Assembly: GCA_040755855.1 (NCBI GenBank)
Contig: JBFMAD010000007.1
Coordinates: 1-64,000 of the forward strand
Length of the DNA: 64,000 bases
From: Planctomycetota bacterium
GTDB lineage: Bacteria; Planctomycetota; Brocadiia; JAADGH01
Reading direction: 5' to 3'
Shown here: positions 48,310-58,190 of the stretch, piece by piece
How the letters are laid out: each line of letters opens with the position of its first letter
Numbering within the stretch: the stretch's first letter is position 1
Program-made: the position numbers and the translations under genes
The notes under the pieces: generated by a model
Databases searched by the model: none
Seen by the model: only the letters and a program-made list of their open reading frames with translations
What the model was told of the DNA's origin: nothing

Positions 48310-49344
48310 TTACTCCCTCACCACACGAACCGGCGTCTGGCCCTTGCGCGACGACTCGATGGCGCCAAAGACCATGGCCAGGCTCTTGATGTTGTCATGA
48401 CACTCGCACTGCGGCGCCGCCCCTGCCCCTGGATCGAGGCAGTCGAGGAACTCGTTCAGCGACCCGCCGATCCCCGCGCCGTTGATCTCCGCGCCGGGGA
48501 TCGGGACGTCCTCGATGTCGCGGTGGAATTTCTTCTGGCCCATATCCACCACCCGCTGCCCGCGGGGCATCTGGTCCTTCTCCATGAGGATCGTCCCCCG
48601 CTCGCCGACGATCCGCCAATCGCCGTTCCAGGACGTATGGCACCCCTCGGCGCACCACGAACCGCGGTAGGTGAACACAATCCCATTGGTCATCTCGAAG
48701 ATCACCGTCGCCGCCGGGTCGCCCTTGTACCACGACCCATTTGGGTTGAACTCATGGGCATAGACTGCGAAGGCGTCCGCGCTGGTGAGGAACCGGCACA
48801 GGTCGAAGTGGTGGATCGCCATGTCCAGGATCAACGGCGACTCCATCTCGTCGCGGAAGCCGCCGAAGTGCGCGCCGATGTAGAAGTCGCAGTTGACTGT
48901 CGTGATCGTCCCGATGGCCTCGGTTTCGAGCGCCTTCCGACACGCCACATGCTTCACGTCGTAGCGTCGGCTCTGGCTGACCATGTAGAGCTTGCCGCTC
49001 TCCTCCGACGCCCTCACCATCCGCCGCGCCGAGTCCATGCTCTCAGCCATGGGCTTCTCGCCGATAACCGGCACACCCATCCCCAGGGCCGTCACCGTCA
49101 CGGAGCAATGCGCCTCGGGCACGGTCACATCAACCACGAAGTCCGGCCGGCACTTGGGGATGGCCTGCTCCAGGTCGTTGAACGCCCGGCCTTCATCGAG
49201 GCCGAACTCCTTCGCCGCGGCCTGCGCCGCCTCCAGGCGGATGTCCACCAGGCCGACCAGCTCGGCCCGTGGGTTGGACCGGACGTTCTTGATCCAACCC
49301 TTACCCATCCCTCCACACCCGACAATCAGCGCCTTGTACGCCAT
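48310..49344 (-). CDS. Gfo/Idh/MocA family oxidoreductase
   Basis: VGCGGMG, GEKPMA, DMAIHHFD. Confidence 0.92.
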   Translation of the reverse strand: MAYKALIVGCGGMGKGWIKNVRSNPRAELVGLVDIRLEAAQAAAKEFGLDEGRAFNDLEQAIPKCRPDFVVDVTVPEAHCSVTVTALGMGVPVIGEKPMAESMDSARRMVRASEESGKLYMVSQSRRYDVKHVACRKALETEAIGTITTVNCDFYIGAHFGGFRDEMESPLILDMAIHHFDLCRFLTSADAFAVYAHEFNPNGSWYKGDPAATVIFEMTNGIVFTYRGSWCAEGCHTSWNGDWRIVGERGTILMEKDQMPRGQRVVDMGQKKFHRDIEDVPIPGAEINGAGIGGSLNEFLDCLDPGAGAAPQCECHDNIKSLAMVFGAIESSRKGQTPVRVVRE

Positions 49345-49523
49345 CTTTCACTCCATGGGGGAAACCAATGAAATACACAAGGAAGCCCATAACGTACCGC
49401 GACCTGCCGCAGAAAGCAAGAAAAAACGAAACAGGGTCGCAATCGCGCCGCATGTCTTGACTTCGCACGGAAAATCCCGACAATAGGCGCCGTCTGCGGT
49501 GGATCAATCTTTGCGGAGATGCG

Positions 49524-50807
49524 ATGGACCTCGGTAGCGTTGTCGCTCAGTTGAACATTCCAGAAAGCGCGGCTATCCTGACCCCCGACTGGGAGCGCAG
49601 CCAGGTAGCCATGCCGAAGGAGGGCATCCCCTTCCTGTCCGGCGATTTTCTTCGGAAAACCTGTCGGCAGGTGTATCTGCCACAGAACATGACCGAGGCC
49701 GTCGTCGAGGCGGCGGAAAGGATCGCGCGGGAGCCGGCGCTTTCGGCCCTCGCCTGGCACGGCCACTACCGCCTCACCCACGAGGGCGACCAGCGCGTCA
49801 ACATGCGCGACTGGCCCGTCCTCGCCTCCGCCCTCGACCGCGACGCGGGGATGTTCTACGTCGTCGTGCTCCTCTCCATCACTCCGCGCATGAGCGAAGT
49901 CCATCGCCGCAGAAAAATCCCGGAACCAATCATCCGCGACACCGTCCGCGACCTCGACCTCTGCATGAACAAGGAGGACTTTCGAGAGGACTTCGGCCAC
50001 TGGGGTATCAGCCCGCGCATTTTCGGCTGGCTACTGAACCACTGGCGCGGTGAGCTTTATCGCCTGGGCCGTCTTCAATTCATCCCCGACACCTGGCGCG
50101 ACCGGCTGCACGCCTTCCGCCATCGCAGCGATGGGGCGGTCATCCTCCTGGCCGGGGAGGGGATCACCTTTCGCGCCGACGGGCAGATCAACGGCGCAGG
50201 GGGCGTCAAGGACGAGGCGGGCGCATGGACGAGCCGCCTAACCATCAGCGATAAGGAGATTGTCGGCCATCCGATCCATCCGAAGGCATTCGCAACTACG
50301 AAAGAAGTGCGCCTGCACCCCGACGAATGGCGGCAGGAGTTGGCCCCCGGCGACCCGGCGCTCGCCATCCACATCCCCGCCGGCGCGCCGATGGACTACG
50401 AGGCGTGCGGCGACTCGATCCGGCAGGCCCTCGACTTCTTCCCGCGGCACTTTCCCGACAAGCCCTTCGCCGCGCTCATGTGCCACTCCTGGATCCTCGA
50501 CGCGCAGTTCGAGGACCTCCTGCCGCCCGCGTCCAACCTCGTCCGCTTCCAGCAGGAGATGTATCTCTTCCCCATCCAGGGCGGCACGGAGGGGACAGTC
50601 CGGACCGTCTTCGGACGGCATGTGACGGACATCAAAGACGCGCCGCGGCGGACGACCATGCAGCGCGCCTTCGCACGGCACATCGAGAGCGGCGGCCACT
50701 TCCGCGCCGGCGGGTGTTTCCTGCTCCCACAGGATTTCGACTGGGGCGCTCAGGTCTATCGGCAAAACTGGGACCGCGTCCGGTCGCTGACCGGCTGTGC
50801 GATCTGA
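49524..50807 (+). CDS. Acyltransferase domain protein (DUF5596 / GNAT-like C-terminal domain)
   Basis: YRLGRLQF, LAIHIPAG, CHSWILD, SNLVRFQ. Confidence 0.8.
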   Translation: MDLGSVVAQLNIPESAAILTPDWERSQVAMPKEGIPFLSGDFLRKTCRQVYLPQNMTEAVVEAAERIAREPALSALAWHGHYRLTHEGDQRVNMRDWPVLASALDRDAGMFYVVVLLSITPRMSEVHRRRKIPEPIIRDTVRDLDLCMNKEDFREDFGHWGISPRIFGWLLNHWRGELYRLGRLQFIPDTWRDRLHAFRHRSDGAVILLAGEGITFRADGQINGAGGVKDEAGAWTSRLTISDKEIVGHPIHPKAFATTKEVRLHPDEWRQELAPGDPALAIHIPAGAPMDYEACGDSIRQALDFFPRHFPDKPFAALMCHSWILDAQFEDLLPPASNLVRFQQEMYLFPIQGGTEGTVRTVFGRHVTDIKDAPRRTTMQRAFARHIESGGHFRAGGCFLLPQDFDWGAQVYRQNWDRVRSLTGCAI

Positions 50808-50824
50808 TCCCGCGTCTGCGTGGG

Positions 50825-50918
50825 ACTGGCGAGTTCATCTGCTGTAGCGGAAGTCGCCAGACTTCCTATCTCCCATCCGCGAGTGCGACAGATGGGCAAC
50901 CTGAACTCCGGCGAGTTC
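50825..50918. repeat. GTAG-type REP-like palindromes between convergent genes
   Basis: GTAGCGGAAGTC-gcca-GACTTCC (50844-50866), inverted partner GAACTC-cggc-GAGTTC (50903-50918), partial ACTGGCGAGTTC (50825-50836). Confidence 0.55.
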
Positions 50919-50935
50919 GTTTCCCCCCCATAGAT

Positions 50936-53900
50936 TCATGGACGTTTCGGGTCGAACCATCCCTCGGCGGACGTGCTGATATATGGCGGAACACCCTCCA
51001 TTTTAATGCATAAGTTGCCTGCGGCGAAGACGACAGCACTCCAGACCTTTCCCCCTTGTCCAGGAATGACCTTCACATCTACCCAGCCCTCGGCGGCCTC
51101 GTTGGTCTTCGTCCCAGTCATATGCCCGATAGGCTTCCCGTCCGCATCAAAAACGCACATGCCGTATGTTCCGTCATGAACCGGTGCGATGGCAATCCGG
51201 AATGTCTTCGCGCCATCGGGAACGAAAAAGAACACACGGCGGGAGCGATACTCCGCCAGGCTCGGTCCCTCGCTGCAATCGAGGACCACCTTGCCGCCTG
51301 TGCTTGCCACGTGCCAGATTCCGCGCATGTCGTCGGAGATTGCAACGGTGTACACACCCTTCGACGCATCAAACGGCAACGCGACATCCAGCTTGCACGG
51401 GAGGTCGGTATCAAAGGTCTCGCTCTTCACCGGGTTGCCGCCGGGATCGGTGATCGTGACCGCGCCTTTCATCTTGTCCTTGGGCCGGGCCCCGTGCGTT
51501 TTGCGCTCGATGGTGATCGTTTCCGGTCTGCCACCATCGAAACTAACAAAAAAGCGTTTCGCCTCGGGACCTCGAACTCCGATGAACTCGGTGGGCTTTG
51601 CCCTCGCCAGCCGCCGAACGAGGATGTCGTCGTCAGTGGCCGTCAAGGCCATGCGGGCCGGCGCGCACTTGCTCTGCGCCTCTTTCAAGAACGCCATGAC
51701 GTTCGGGGCGCATCGGGCGAACATGGAGAATGCCTTGCCATGCCCGCCCGGCGGCAGGGCCATGTTCGCAAGAAATGCCTCGCCGACCATGTTGGCGAAG
51801 TCCATGTCCTTCGTGTGCTCGTATGTGAAGGCCAGGGCATCTACGCATAGCATCGCCGTCAACGGACTGGTGTTTCCGCGGAAGAGGGGGCAGTCGGTGT
51901 ACTGGAACGTCCCATCCTCCGGCGTCCACATCGTCTTCCACCACGGCCCGACCCCGATGATGGCCTCCTTCGCCCGCTCATCGCCCGTCTCCAGATAGTA
52001 TTGCTCCAGCCCGGAACACAGGATGCCGATGAGGAAGACTACGTTGCCGACGCAGGGTTTGCCGCCGGGCGAGTCGAGGTGCCGGCAGTGCCCGCGCGGG
52101 AGATCATGGGGCCAGCCGGACCCCTGGCCGGGCTTGCGCTCGCGGAAGGCGACCTCGGCGATCTTCTTTGCGGCGTCAAGATAAAGGGGGTCGAGCGTCG
52201 CGCGGTGGAGCGCCATGACAGCCACGAGCGACCATCCGGCCGAGCGCTCGTGCGTGCCCAGATCCTTGAAGCGTGGGACCATGCCATAGACGATGTGTTC
52301 CCCCAGCAATTGGGCCGATTCCATCACCGGCGCATCGGCGGTTAGATGCCATGCGTCGCACATGCCCTCCGACCAGGTGTGCCCGTTGAAGGCCATGACA
52401 TGATAGGCGTAGGCGGCGGACCAGCTGCGGTCCTTTATGTTCTCCGACCACTGGCCGGTGTGAAAGGCGGAGTGGAGCACGTCCCCGCCGATATAGGCCG
52501 GGTCGGGGTAGGCGTGGACGATGTCCACGTCGGCCTGGTGCCGCGCCCCGGCGAGGGCCACGCGGAAGAGGTCGCGGTCGCCGGTCCGGGCAAAGTGCAT
52601 AAAGATGGCATGAGGCAGGTCGTACTCATGGTTGCCCCAGTTAGATCCGCGCTCGCCGTACCAGTCGCCCCAGTTGAAGAAGCCATACTCCCGCACCTTC
52701 TCCTTGATCTCCATGTGCGCCGTGAAGCACCGGGCCATGGCCCCGTCCCACGCCTCGAATTCGCCTTTCCGTTGCGCGACCATGGGGCCAAGGGCCTTTG
52801 TTTTTTCGTAATAGGCGGACGGGATCACGGCAACGACCGGCTCGGCAGGGGCCATGGGCTGGCCCGGCTTCAGGCCGAAGTCAATGCGAAAGCGGTGGGT
52901 CTTCGACATCCCCCACTTGAAGCGATACCCGCCGCCGACATAGGGGAAGGAGACGTATTCGGGGAGTTGGGCATAGGCGGTTTCTTTGGAGATGTCCGGC
53001 CACAGCTCGATCTCGATGCGGTCGGTCGAGGCGCGAAGGGCGCTGGGGTAGTTCTGCCAAAAATCCTCCACGGCGACGCCGACGCCTCGGCCGATCTCGT
53101 CGCGCAGGGCCAGCACGCCGGGGGCGCGTTTTCCTTCGCTTCGCGCGGGGCCGGTCAGGACGAAGGCATTATCATCGCGCTGAAACAGACGGACATCCTG
53201 TCCCTTGCCAAGCGAGATGCCCTGGGACTTCAGGCCGCCCTTATCGTCGGGGAGGAGAATTTCCGCTGCCGCGCCGCGCAGGTTGAGCGGCAGCGGGATT
53301 GCGAGGGAGCGAAAGTCGGCAAACTCATGATCGAGGCTCGCGTCTATGTGACGGTGGGCGACGTCCACGATCGTCGATCCCGCATGGAACCGCAGCCACA
53401 TGACGTATCGGAAATCCGAACCGGCGTACGGCCCTTCGACGCGAAGCAGGAGGCTGAGCGGGCCTTGCTCTACGATCTGCACCACGGCGGCCCGCGTCGC
53501 CCCCTCCAGATCGTCATGCTTCGCCGCCGTTCTGTCGAGAATCTTCCCCTCGTCCGTGAACGCGCCGTCGCCGTTCCGATCCACCCACACACACCGCAGC
53601 ACCCCGCCCTCGCCGAAGCCCAGCCGCGCCTGCATCGGACCGGTGTGGATCGTCATGCCTTCGGCATCGGTCGCCATGCGAACCGTGGCCTTGAGGTCGG
53701 CCGGTCGCACATCCGACCCGAACTCGACGGTATAGACAGGCCTCGACTTCGCCGCCAGGTCCGCGAGGAACGTGACCGCCATCCATCGGATGCTGTCGTC
53801 CTTCCAGAAATTTGTGATCGTGAACTGGGCGGGGATTTCGCGTCCGGAGGGATCGAGCAATCGGGCATTTGCGGGATCAAACAGCGCGCCCTCGGCCAAG

Positions 53901-54778
53901 GGAAAGCCAAACGTCACCGGCGCGCCGACGCGGGCGATGCCGTGCTCCTCCGCCAACTCCACCGGCGTCCGTTCGCACTTTGCCGAGCCGGCCTTCCCCG
54001 GTTTGCGCGGTTTGACGATGAACGGCACGGACGGCTGCGGGCGGCGATCGGGATACGGGCCGGACATGGACTTGCGAACCTTCTCCCCCGAAACGCCCAG
54101 GAACTCGGGATCGCCGGGGCCGATGGTCGGGGGCTTCTTCTGCCCCTGCATGAGTGGGAGCTCCACCTGGATCCAGTCGGAGCCGGAACTGCCTTCCTCC
54201 GCCTGGGCGAGTAATCGAACCCGGATAACCACCTTTCCGCCCGACTGATTCATGAGCGTGTCGTGGGAGATGACCAGCGAGCTGCCCACGGCTTCGATGC
54301 GGATGTCCGACTGGGGCTTCTGCAAGGCGGCGTCGAAGGCGTTGATGTTCTTCGCCGCTCCGGACAGGATGTACATCAGGTCGGTGCCCTGGACACTCGG
54401 CTTGTCCTGGCGGCCGGTATCGGGGCGGTTGTCCGAATCAACATAGAGGATGAACGTGGCGCCGCCGGTCGGGAACGGTTCGAGAAAGTCCGCCTTCCAA
54501 AGATAGCGGTCTTCCGCCACGTGGACGGCCGAGAGCCGGAGCACCTGGGGACCGGGCTTGCCTTCCGCCTCCTTTGGATCGCGCGACCAAAATTGGGTCC
54601 ACACCTGCGGACGGTCAATAGGCGAGCCGAGCCACTTCTCGGTCTTATCGGGGAGTCCGTCGTTGTCGGCATCGGGCGCCTGGGCGAGCACCCTGACTGT
54701 CATACCGACGAGAAGCAGCGCGCCGGCAACCAGGATCATAAACCAGCAGTGTTTCGAGACAGGCGTAGCCATCCGCAT
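50936..54778 (-). CDS. Secreted YetA/PcRGLX-like (PL26-related) multidomain protein
   Basis: Signal peptide; PVTFGFPLAEG...W.DDSIRW N-barrel; YGFFNWGDW, WGNHEYD, RTGDR, RHQADVD toroid motifs. Confidence 0.75.
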   Translation of the reverse strand: MRMATPVSKHCWFMILVAGALLLVGMTVRVLAQAPDADNDGLPDKTEKWLGSPIDRPQVWTQFWSRDPKEAEGKPGPQVLRLSAVHVAEDRYLWKADFLEPFPTGGATFILYVDSDNRPDTGRQDKPSVQGTDLMYILSGAAKNINAFDAALQKPQSDIRIEAVGSSLVISHDTLMNQSGGKVVIRVRLLAQAEEGSSGSDWIQVELPLMQGQKKPPTIGPGDPEFLGVSGEKVRKSMSGPYPDRRPQPSVPFIVKPRKPGKAGSAKCERTPVELAEEHGIARVGAPVTFGFPLAEGALFDPANARLLDPSGREIPAQFTITNFWKDDSIRWMAVTFLADLAAKSRPVYTVEFGSDVRPADLKATVRMATDAEGMTIHTGPMQARLGFGEGGVLRCVWVDRNGDGAFTDEGKILDRTAAKHDDLEGATRAAVVQIVEQGPLSLLLRVEGPYAGSDFRYVMWLRFHAGSTIVDVAHRHIDASLDHEFADFRSLAIPLPLNLRGAAAEILLPDDKGGLKSQGISLGKGQDVRLFQRDDNAFVLTGPARSEGKRAPGVLALRDEIGRGVGVAVEDFWQNYPSALRASTDRIEIELWPDISKETAYAQLPEYVSFPYVGGGYRFKWGMSKTHRFRIDFGLKPGQPMAPAEPVVAVIPSAYYEKTKALGPMVAQRKGEFEAWDGAMARCFTAHMEIKEKVREYGFFNWGDWYGERGSNWGNHEYDLPHAIFMHFARTGDRDLFRVALAGARHQADVDIVHAYPDPAYIGGDVLHSAFHTGQWSENIKDRSWSAAYAYHVMAFNGHTWSEGMCDAWHLTADAPVMESAQLLGEHIVYGMVPRFKDLGTHERSAGWSLVAVMALHRATLDPLYLDAAKKIAEVAFRERKPGQGSGWPHDLPRGHCRHLDSPGGKPCVGNVVFLIGILCSGLEQYYLETGDERAKEAIIGVGPWWKTMWTPEDGTFQYTDCPLFRGNTSPLTAMLCVDALAFTYEHTKDMDFANMVGEAFLANMALPPGGHGKAFSMFARCAPNVMAFLKEAQSKCAPARMALTATDDDILVRRLARAKPTEFIGVRGPEAKRFFVSFDGGRPETITIERKTHGARPKDKMKGAVTITDPGGNPVKSETFDTDLPCKLDVALPFDASKGVYTVAISDDMRGIWHVASTGGKVVLDCSEGPSLAEYRSRRVFFFVPDGAKTFRIAIAPVHDGTYGMCVFDADGKPIGHMTGTKTNEAAEGWVDVKVIPGQGGKVWSAVVFAAGNLCIKMEGVPPYISTSAEGWFDPKRP

Positions 54779-54907
54779 TTCCTTTCCTGTAAGTGACCGA
54801 AGACGTTCATCATATTATGAATTTCATCTGTCCGAACGCAAGCTGATTTTCATTTTACAACATGGTTGACTCTGGAATGTTGATCCCGTATGGTGATCCC
54901 TTGAAGA

Positions 54908-55018
54908 ATAAGCTACGAAGGCGAAAAGCACGCCTTCTTCAATCCCAGCAAGCCGAGGTTCGATGCGACGCTGCAGGCGATGGAGGAGCATGTGACGCGA
55001 GTGTTTGGGGTGAAGTAG
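54908..55018 (+). pseudogene. C-terminal remnant of an alpha/beta hydrolase gene
   Basis: Translates as ISYEGEKHAFFNPSKPRFDATLQAMEEHVTRVFGVK*; in-frame TGA just upstream, no start codon ahead of the motif. Confidence 0.5.
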
Positions 55019-55032
55019 TCCACCGTTTTTAT

Positions 55033-55290
55033 CTAAGGAGGGTCCCCTCTCATATCCAAATCCGAGGGGAACTGACGCCACGCATCGAAGTCTTGCTGAG
55101 AGCAATCGCGCGTCCGCTCAAGCGATTCGTCGCGGGCATTCCATGCTGTATTCAGATGGTGGTAGATGTGCTGCATCCCAACGATCAGAACCGCCGAATC
55201 GTAATCCGAATCCTCCTCAATTTCCAGAATGAGACGGTGGATGGCCTCGTGCGCCTCCTGAAGATGAAACAAGACGTGTTCCCTGTTCAC
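55033..55290 (-). CDS. Small acidic helical hypothetical protein
   Basis: 85 aa, GTG start after an AAGGAGG RBS, protein-like composition with HIYHHLNTAWNAR. Confidence 0.7.
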   Translation of the reverse strand: MNREHVLFHLQEAHEAIHRLILEIEEDSDYDSAVLIVGMQHIYHHLNTAWNARDESLERTRDCSQQDFDAWRQFPSDLDMRGDPP

Positions 55291-55527
55291 TGGCTTATCC
55301 CTCCTTTAGTTGTTGCTTACCTCATGTCCTCCCCATTGGATGATCCGTTGTTGCTCTGAAAACTATCCGCACTTGGTTTCCTGTTAATCTCTTGATCGGT
55401 GACATTATCCTATGGTTTTTCCCGGTCAAATGACAAGTCCATTCTTGCGTCGCCTGTGCGGTTGAATCTGCGCGTCGGATGGGGAGCCTGTCATTTCTCT
55501 CGCTGGATAGAGAGGCCGTTGTGTTTG

Positions 55528-55698
55528 TGGAGTGCGCAAGCCATGCTTGCGCCTTGACATCGGGAAGCCTTGCTTCCTGACGATCGCGCAGCAACCGTGC
55601 AAAGGCGCAGAGATGGCCTGACAGTGACACCCTGGCAACGGAAGAGCGGGAAGCATGGCTTCCCGCAAGAAAGGCGGCAGCACGGCTGCCGCACTCCA
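55528..55698. repeat. 171-bp REP-doublet/MITE-like palindromic element
   Basis: Terminal inverted repeats TGGAGTGCG...CGCACTCCA; four internal AGC-nnn-GCT hairpins. Confidence 0.7.
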
Positions 55699-55785
55699 AA
55701 GGGCCGTTCGCGCGGAAGTCTCTATCTGAAAATATCTCGTTTGTTAGCCGATAGAGATGACATGCACCGCGCCGGATGTTGTCAG

Positions 55786-55814
55786 TTGACTTTTGCCTCG
55801 CGCCCCCATATAGT
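55786..55814 (+). promoter_or_regulatory. Sigma70 promoter of the DMT transporter gene
   Basis: TTGACT-17 nt-TATAGT. Confidence 0.65.
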
Positions 55815-55845
55815 GCCCGCTTTCAAACCCATCGGGAGGCGGCGG

Positions 55846-56745
55846 TTGTCTGCGTTCTCGCTTTTCGGCGTGATCCTGATCTGCACGATCTGGGGGGCGG
55901 GGTTCCCGTTCATGAAGATCGGGCTGCTCTACCTCCCCCCGTTTCTCTATGTCGGAATCCGGTTCACCATCACGGCGCTTTGCGTCCTCATCTACATGAG
56001 ACTCACGCGCGACGAGTGGCGATTCGGCAGAAAGATGTTCTGGTGGATGGCGGCGCTCTCCGCGTTCTTCTACATCCAGCAGGGCCTCATCTTCCTCGGC
56101 CTCACCTACACCACGGCCGGACGCATGGGCGTCATCCTCAACACCCAGCCCATCATCACCGCCGTGGCCGCGCACTGGTTCGTGGAGCACGACAAGCTCA
56201 CCTGGGGCAAGGTGGCGGGGTTGCTGATGGCCGTCTTCGGCGTGTTCTTCGTCTTCCGCGAGAGTTTTGCGGAGTTCAATCGCACCATCTTCTTCGGCGA
56301 CCTACTCGCCCTCATCGCCGCCGTCGCATGGGGTTCGCAGACCGTCGTCACCAAGCACGTCGTCAAGCATGTGACGCCCAGCGCGATCATCTTTTGGCAG
56401 GCGGCGGCATCAAGCGTGTGCTTTTTCGCAACCAGCGTCTTCCTGGACCCCGACCCGATCCCGAAACAGGCGATTGACCTCACGTTCGTGGGCGTGACGG
56501 CCTACGTGATCCTCATCTCAACCGTCTTCGGCTTTGTGGGCTGGGTCTATCTCATCCTGCACAACAACCCAAGCCGCGTGGCGTCCTTCTGCTTCATCAC
56601 GCCTATCGCCAGCGTCGTCTTTGCCTGGATTATTCTCGGCGAGCCGATCACGTCGGACATCATCATTGCCACCGGGCTTGTCGGCCTCGGCATCTTCATC
56701 GCAAACTTCCGGGCAAAGCAGGAGCCGGCGCCGAAGGTGGCATAG
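55846..56745 (+). CDS. DMT/EamA family transporter
   Basis: IWG, RF, QPI, GDL, ITPI, LGE motifs with about 10 TM; TTG start after GGAGG; the longer ORF from 55570 runs through the REP element. Confidence 0.88.
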   Translation: MSAFSLFGVILICTIWGAGFPFMKIGLLYLPPFLYVGIRFTITALCVLIYMRLTRDEWRFGRKMFWWMAALSAFFYIQQGLIFLGLTYTTAGRMGVILNTQPIITAVAAHWFVEHDKLTWGKVAGLLMAVFGVFFVFRESFAEFNRTIFFGDLLALIAAVAWGSQTVVTKHVVKHVTPSAIIFWQAAASSVCFFATSVFLDPDPIPKQAIDLTFVGVTAYVILISTVFGFVGWVYLILHNNPSRVASFCFITPIASVVFAWIILGEPITSDIIIATGLVGLGIFIANFRAKQEPAPKVA

Positions 56746-56753
56746 ACTGCGCG

Positions 56754-58190
56754 TCACAAGATGGGGCTTAGGAGTTTCGCGCAGTAGTCAAACTGCCGCT
56801 GCCAGAAGGGGCGGCTGTCGAGGGTCTCGCGGTCCCACCGTTCCGAGTCCTTCATGTAACCCTCCTGCAGCGTCCGAAGGACCTCGACATCGTTCTTCGA
56901 GTAGATCAGGAAGTTCGCCTCGACGTCGAGTTTGAAAGACCGGATGTCGTAGTTCGCCGTGCCCATGAGGGCGAAGTTATCGTCCACTGTGAGCGTCTTG
57001 GCGTGAAGAAAGCCCAGGCGGTAGGAGTAGAGATTGACATGCTCGTCGAGGAGCTGCCTGCAGTAGGCGCGGGCCGCGGCGTCAATAAACAAGGAATCGG
57101 AGCGGAAGGGGACGATGATGTCCACCTCCACGCCCCGCCGCACGGCCAGGCGCAGGGCCAGGAGCAGGGCCTCGTCCGGGGCAAAGTAGGGGGTGGTGAT
57201 GACTACGCGGCGGCGGGCCTCGTTAATGGCCGCGATAGGCAAATCGGGGAAGGGCATCGAGGGGTAGAGCGGACCGCTGGGCAGTGCCTGGAGGATGGCG
57301 CCGCCCTCGCCCTGGGCGGGGGGAAAGAGATCCTCGTCGGCAGGGAACTCCCTCGTCTCGGAGTTCCAGTCCTCGAGAAACAGCAGTTGCAATTGATGCA
57401 CGGCTGGTCCGCGCACGCGGAGCATCATATCGTGGTATTCGGGCACGCGCTTGGGTCCGAAGTCGGGGTCGGCCACGTTCCAGGACCCCAAGTAACCCAC
57501 CTTGCCGTCTGCCACGAGAATCTTGCGGTGATTGCGCAGATCAATCCGCGCCAAGCGCTTGCGCAGGGGGTTGAACGACAGGGCGGGAAGCAATTCAATC
57601 CCGCGCTCCTGCATCCAGCGGCCGAGGGTCTTGAACATGGTCCGCGAACCGATGGCATCGGCCAGCACGCGGCACCGCACGCCGCGTTCGACGGCGCGGG
57701 CCAGGGCCTCGCCCACACGGCGACCGGTTTTGTCATCGAGAAAGATGTAGAAGACCATGTGGACGTGGTGCTGCGCGGCGTCAATGTCCTCCACCAGTCG
57801 GCTGGTCATGATTTCAGGATCAATAATGAACCGCGCCTCATTGTCGCCCACGGCGGGCAGCGCGCCGACCGACTCGGCCAGGTTCTCGATCTGGGCCCAC
57901 TCCTCGCCCAGGGCCACGGAGGGATAGCGCTCCCGTAGGACCACAAACCAATCGTCGCGCTTCGACTTGTCGAGCATCTCCCGGTAGAGGACGCTGCGGC
58001 GACGGCCCAGCGGGTTCTCGCCGAAAAGGAGGTAGAGTCCCAGCCCGACCCATGGTGCGGCGAACATCACCGCCAGCCATCCCCACGCCTTCGCCACGCT
58101 GCACCGCCGCGCCAGGACGGGCACCATGGCCAGGGCGATCAGCCAGCCGCTGATCTGAAAGACGACGACGATGATCGGCCAGAGTTTCAT
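56754..58190 (-). CDS. cls: Cardiolipin synthase
   Basis: Two N-terminal TM segments; two HKD motifs (RNHRKILVADG, LHAKTLTVDD); TTPYF. Confidence 0.92.
   Translation of the reverse strand: MKLWPIIVVVFQISGWLIALAMVPVLARRCSVAKAWGWLAVMFAAPWVGLGLYLLFGENPLGRRRSVLYREMLDKSKRDDWFVVLRERYPSVALGEEWAQIENLAESVGALPAVGDNEARFIIDPEIMTSRLVEDIDAAQHHVHMVFYIFLDDKTGRRVGEALARAVERGVRCRVLADAIGSRTMFKTLGRWMQERGIELLPALSFNPLRKRLARIDLRNHRKILVADGKVGYLGSWNVADPDFGPKRVPEYHDMMLRVRGPAVHQLQLLFLEDWNSETREFPADEDLFPPAQGEGGAILQALPSGPLYPSMPFPDLPIAAINEARRRVVITTPYFAPDEALLLALRLAVRRGVEVDIIVPFRSDSLFIDAAARAYCRQLLDEHVNLYSYRLGFLHAKTLTVDDNFALMGTANYDIRSFKLDVEANFLIYSKNDVEVLRTLQEGYMKDSERWDRETLDSRPFWQRQFDYCAKLLSPIL

Noticed and set aside
55570..55845. 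N-terminal extension of the EamA transporter in the ORF track
   Set aside because: It runs through the REP element and the predicted promoter; TTG 55846 with GGAGG is the better start.
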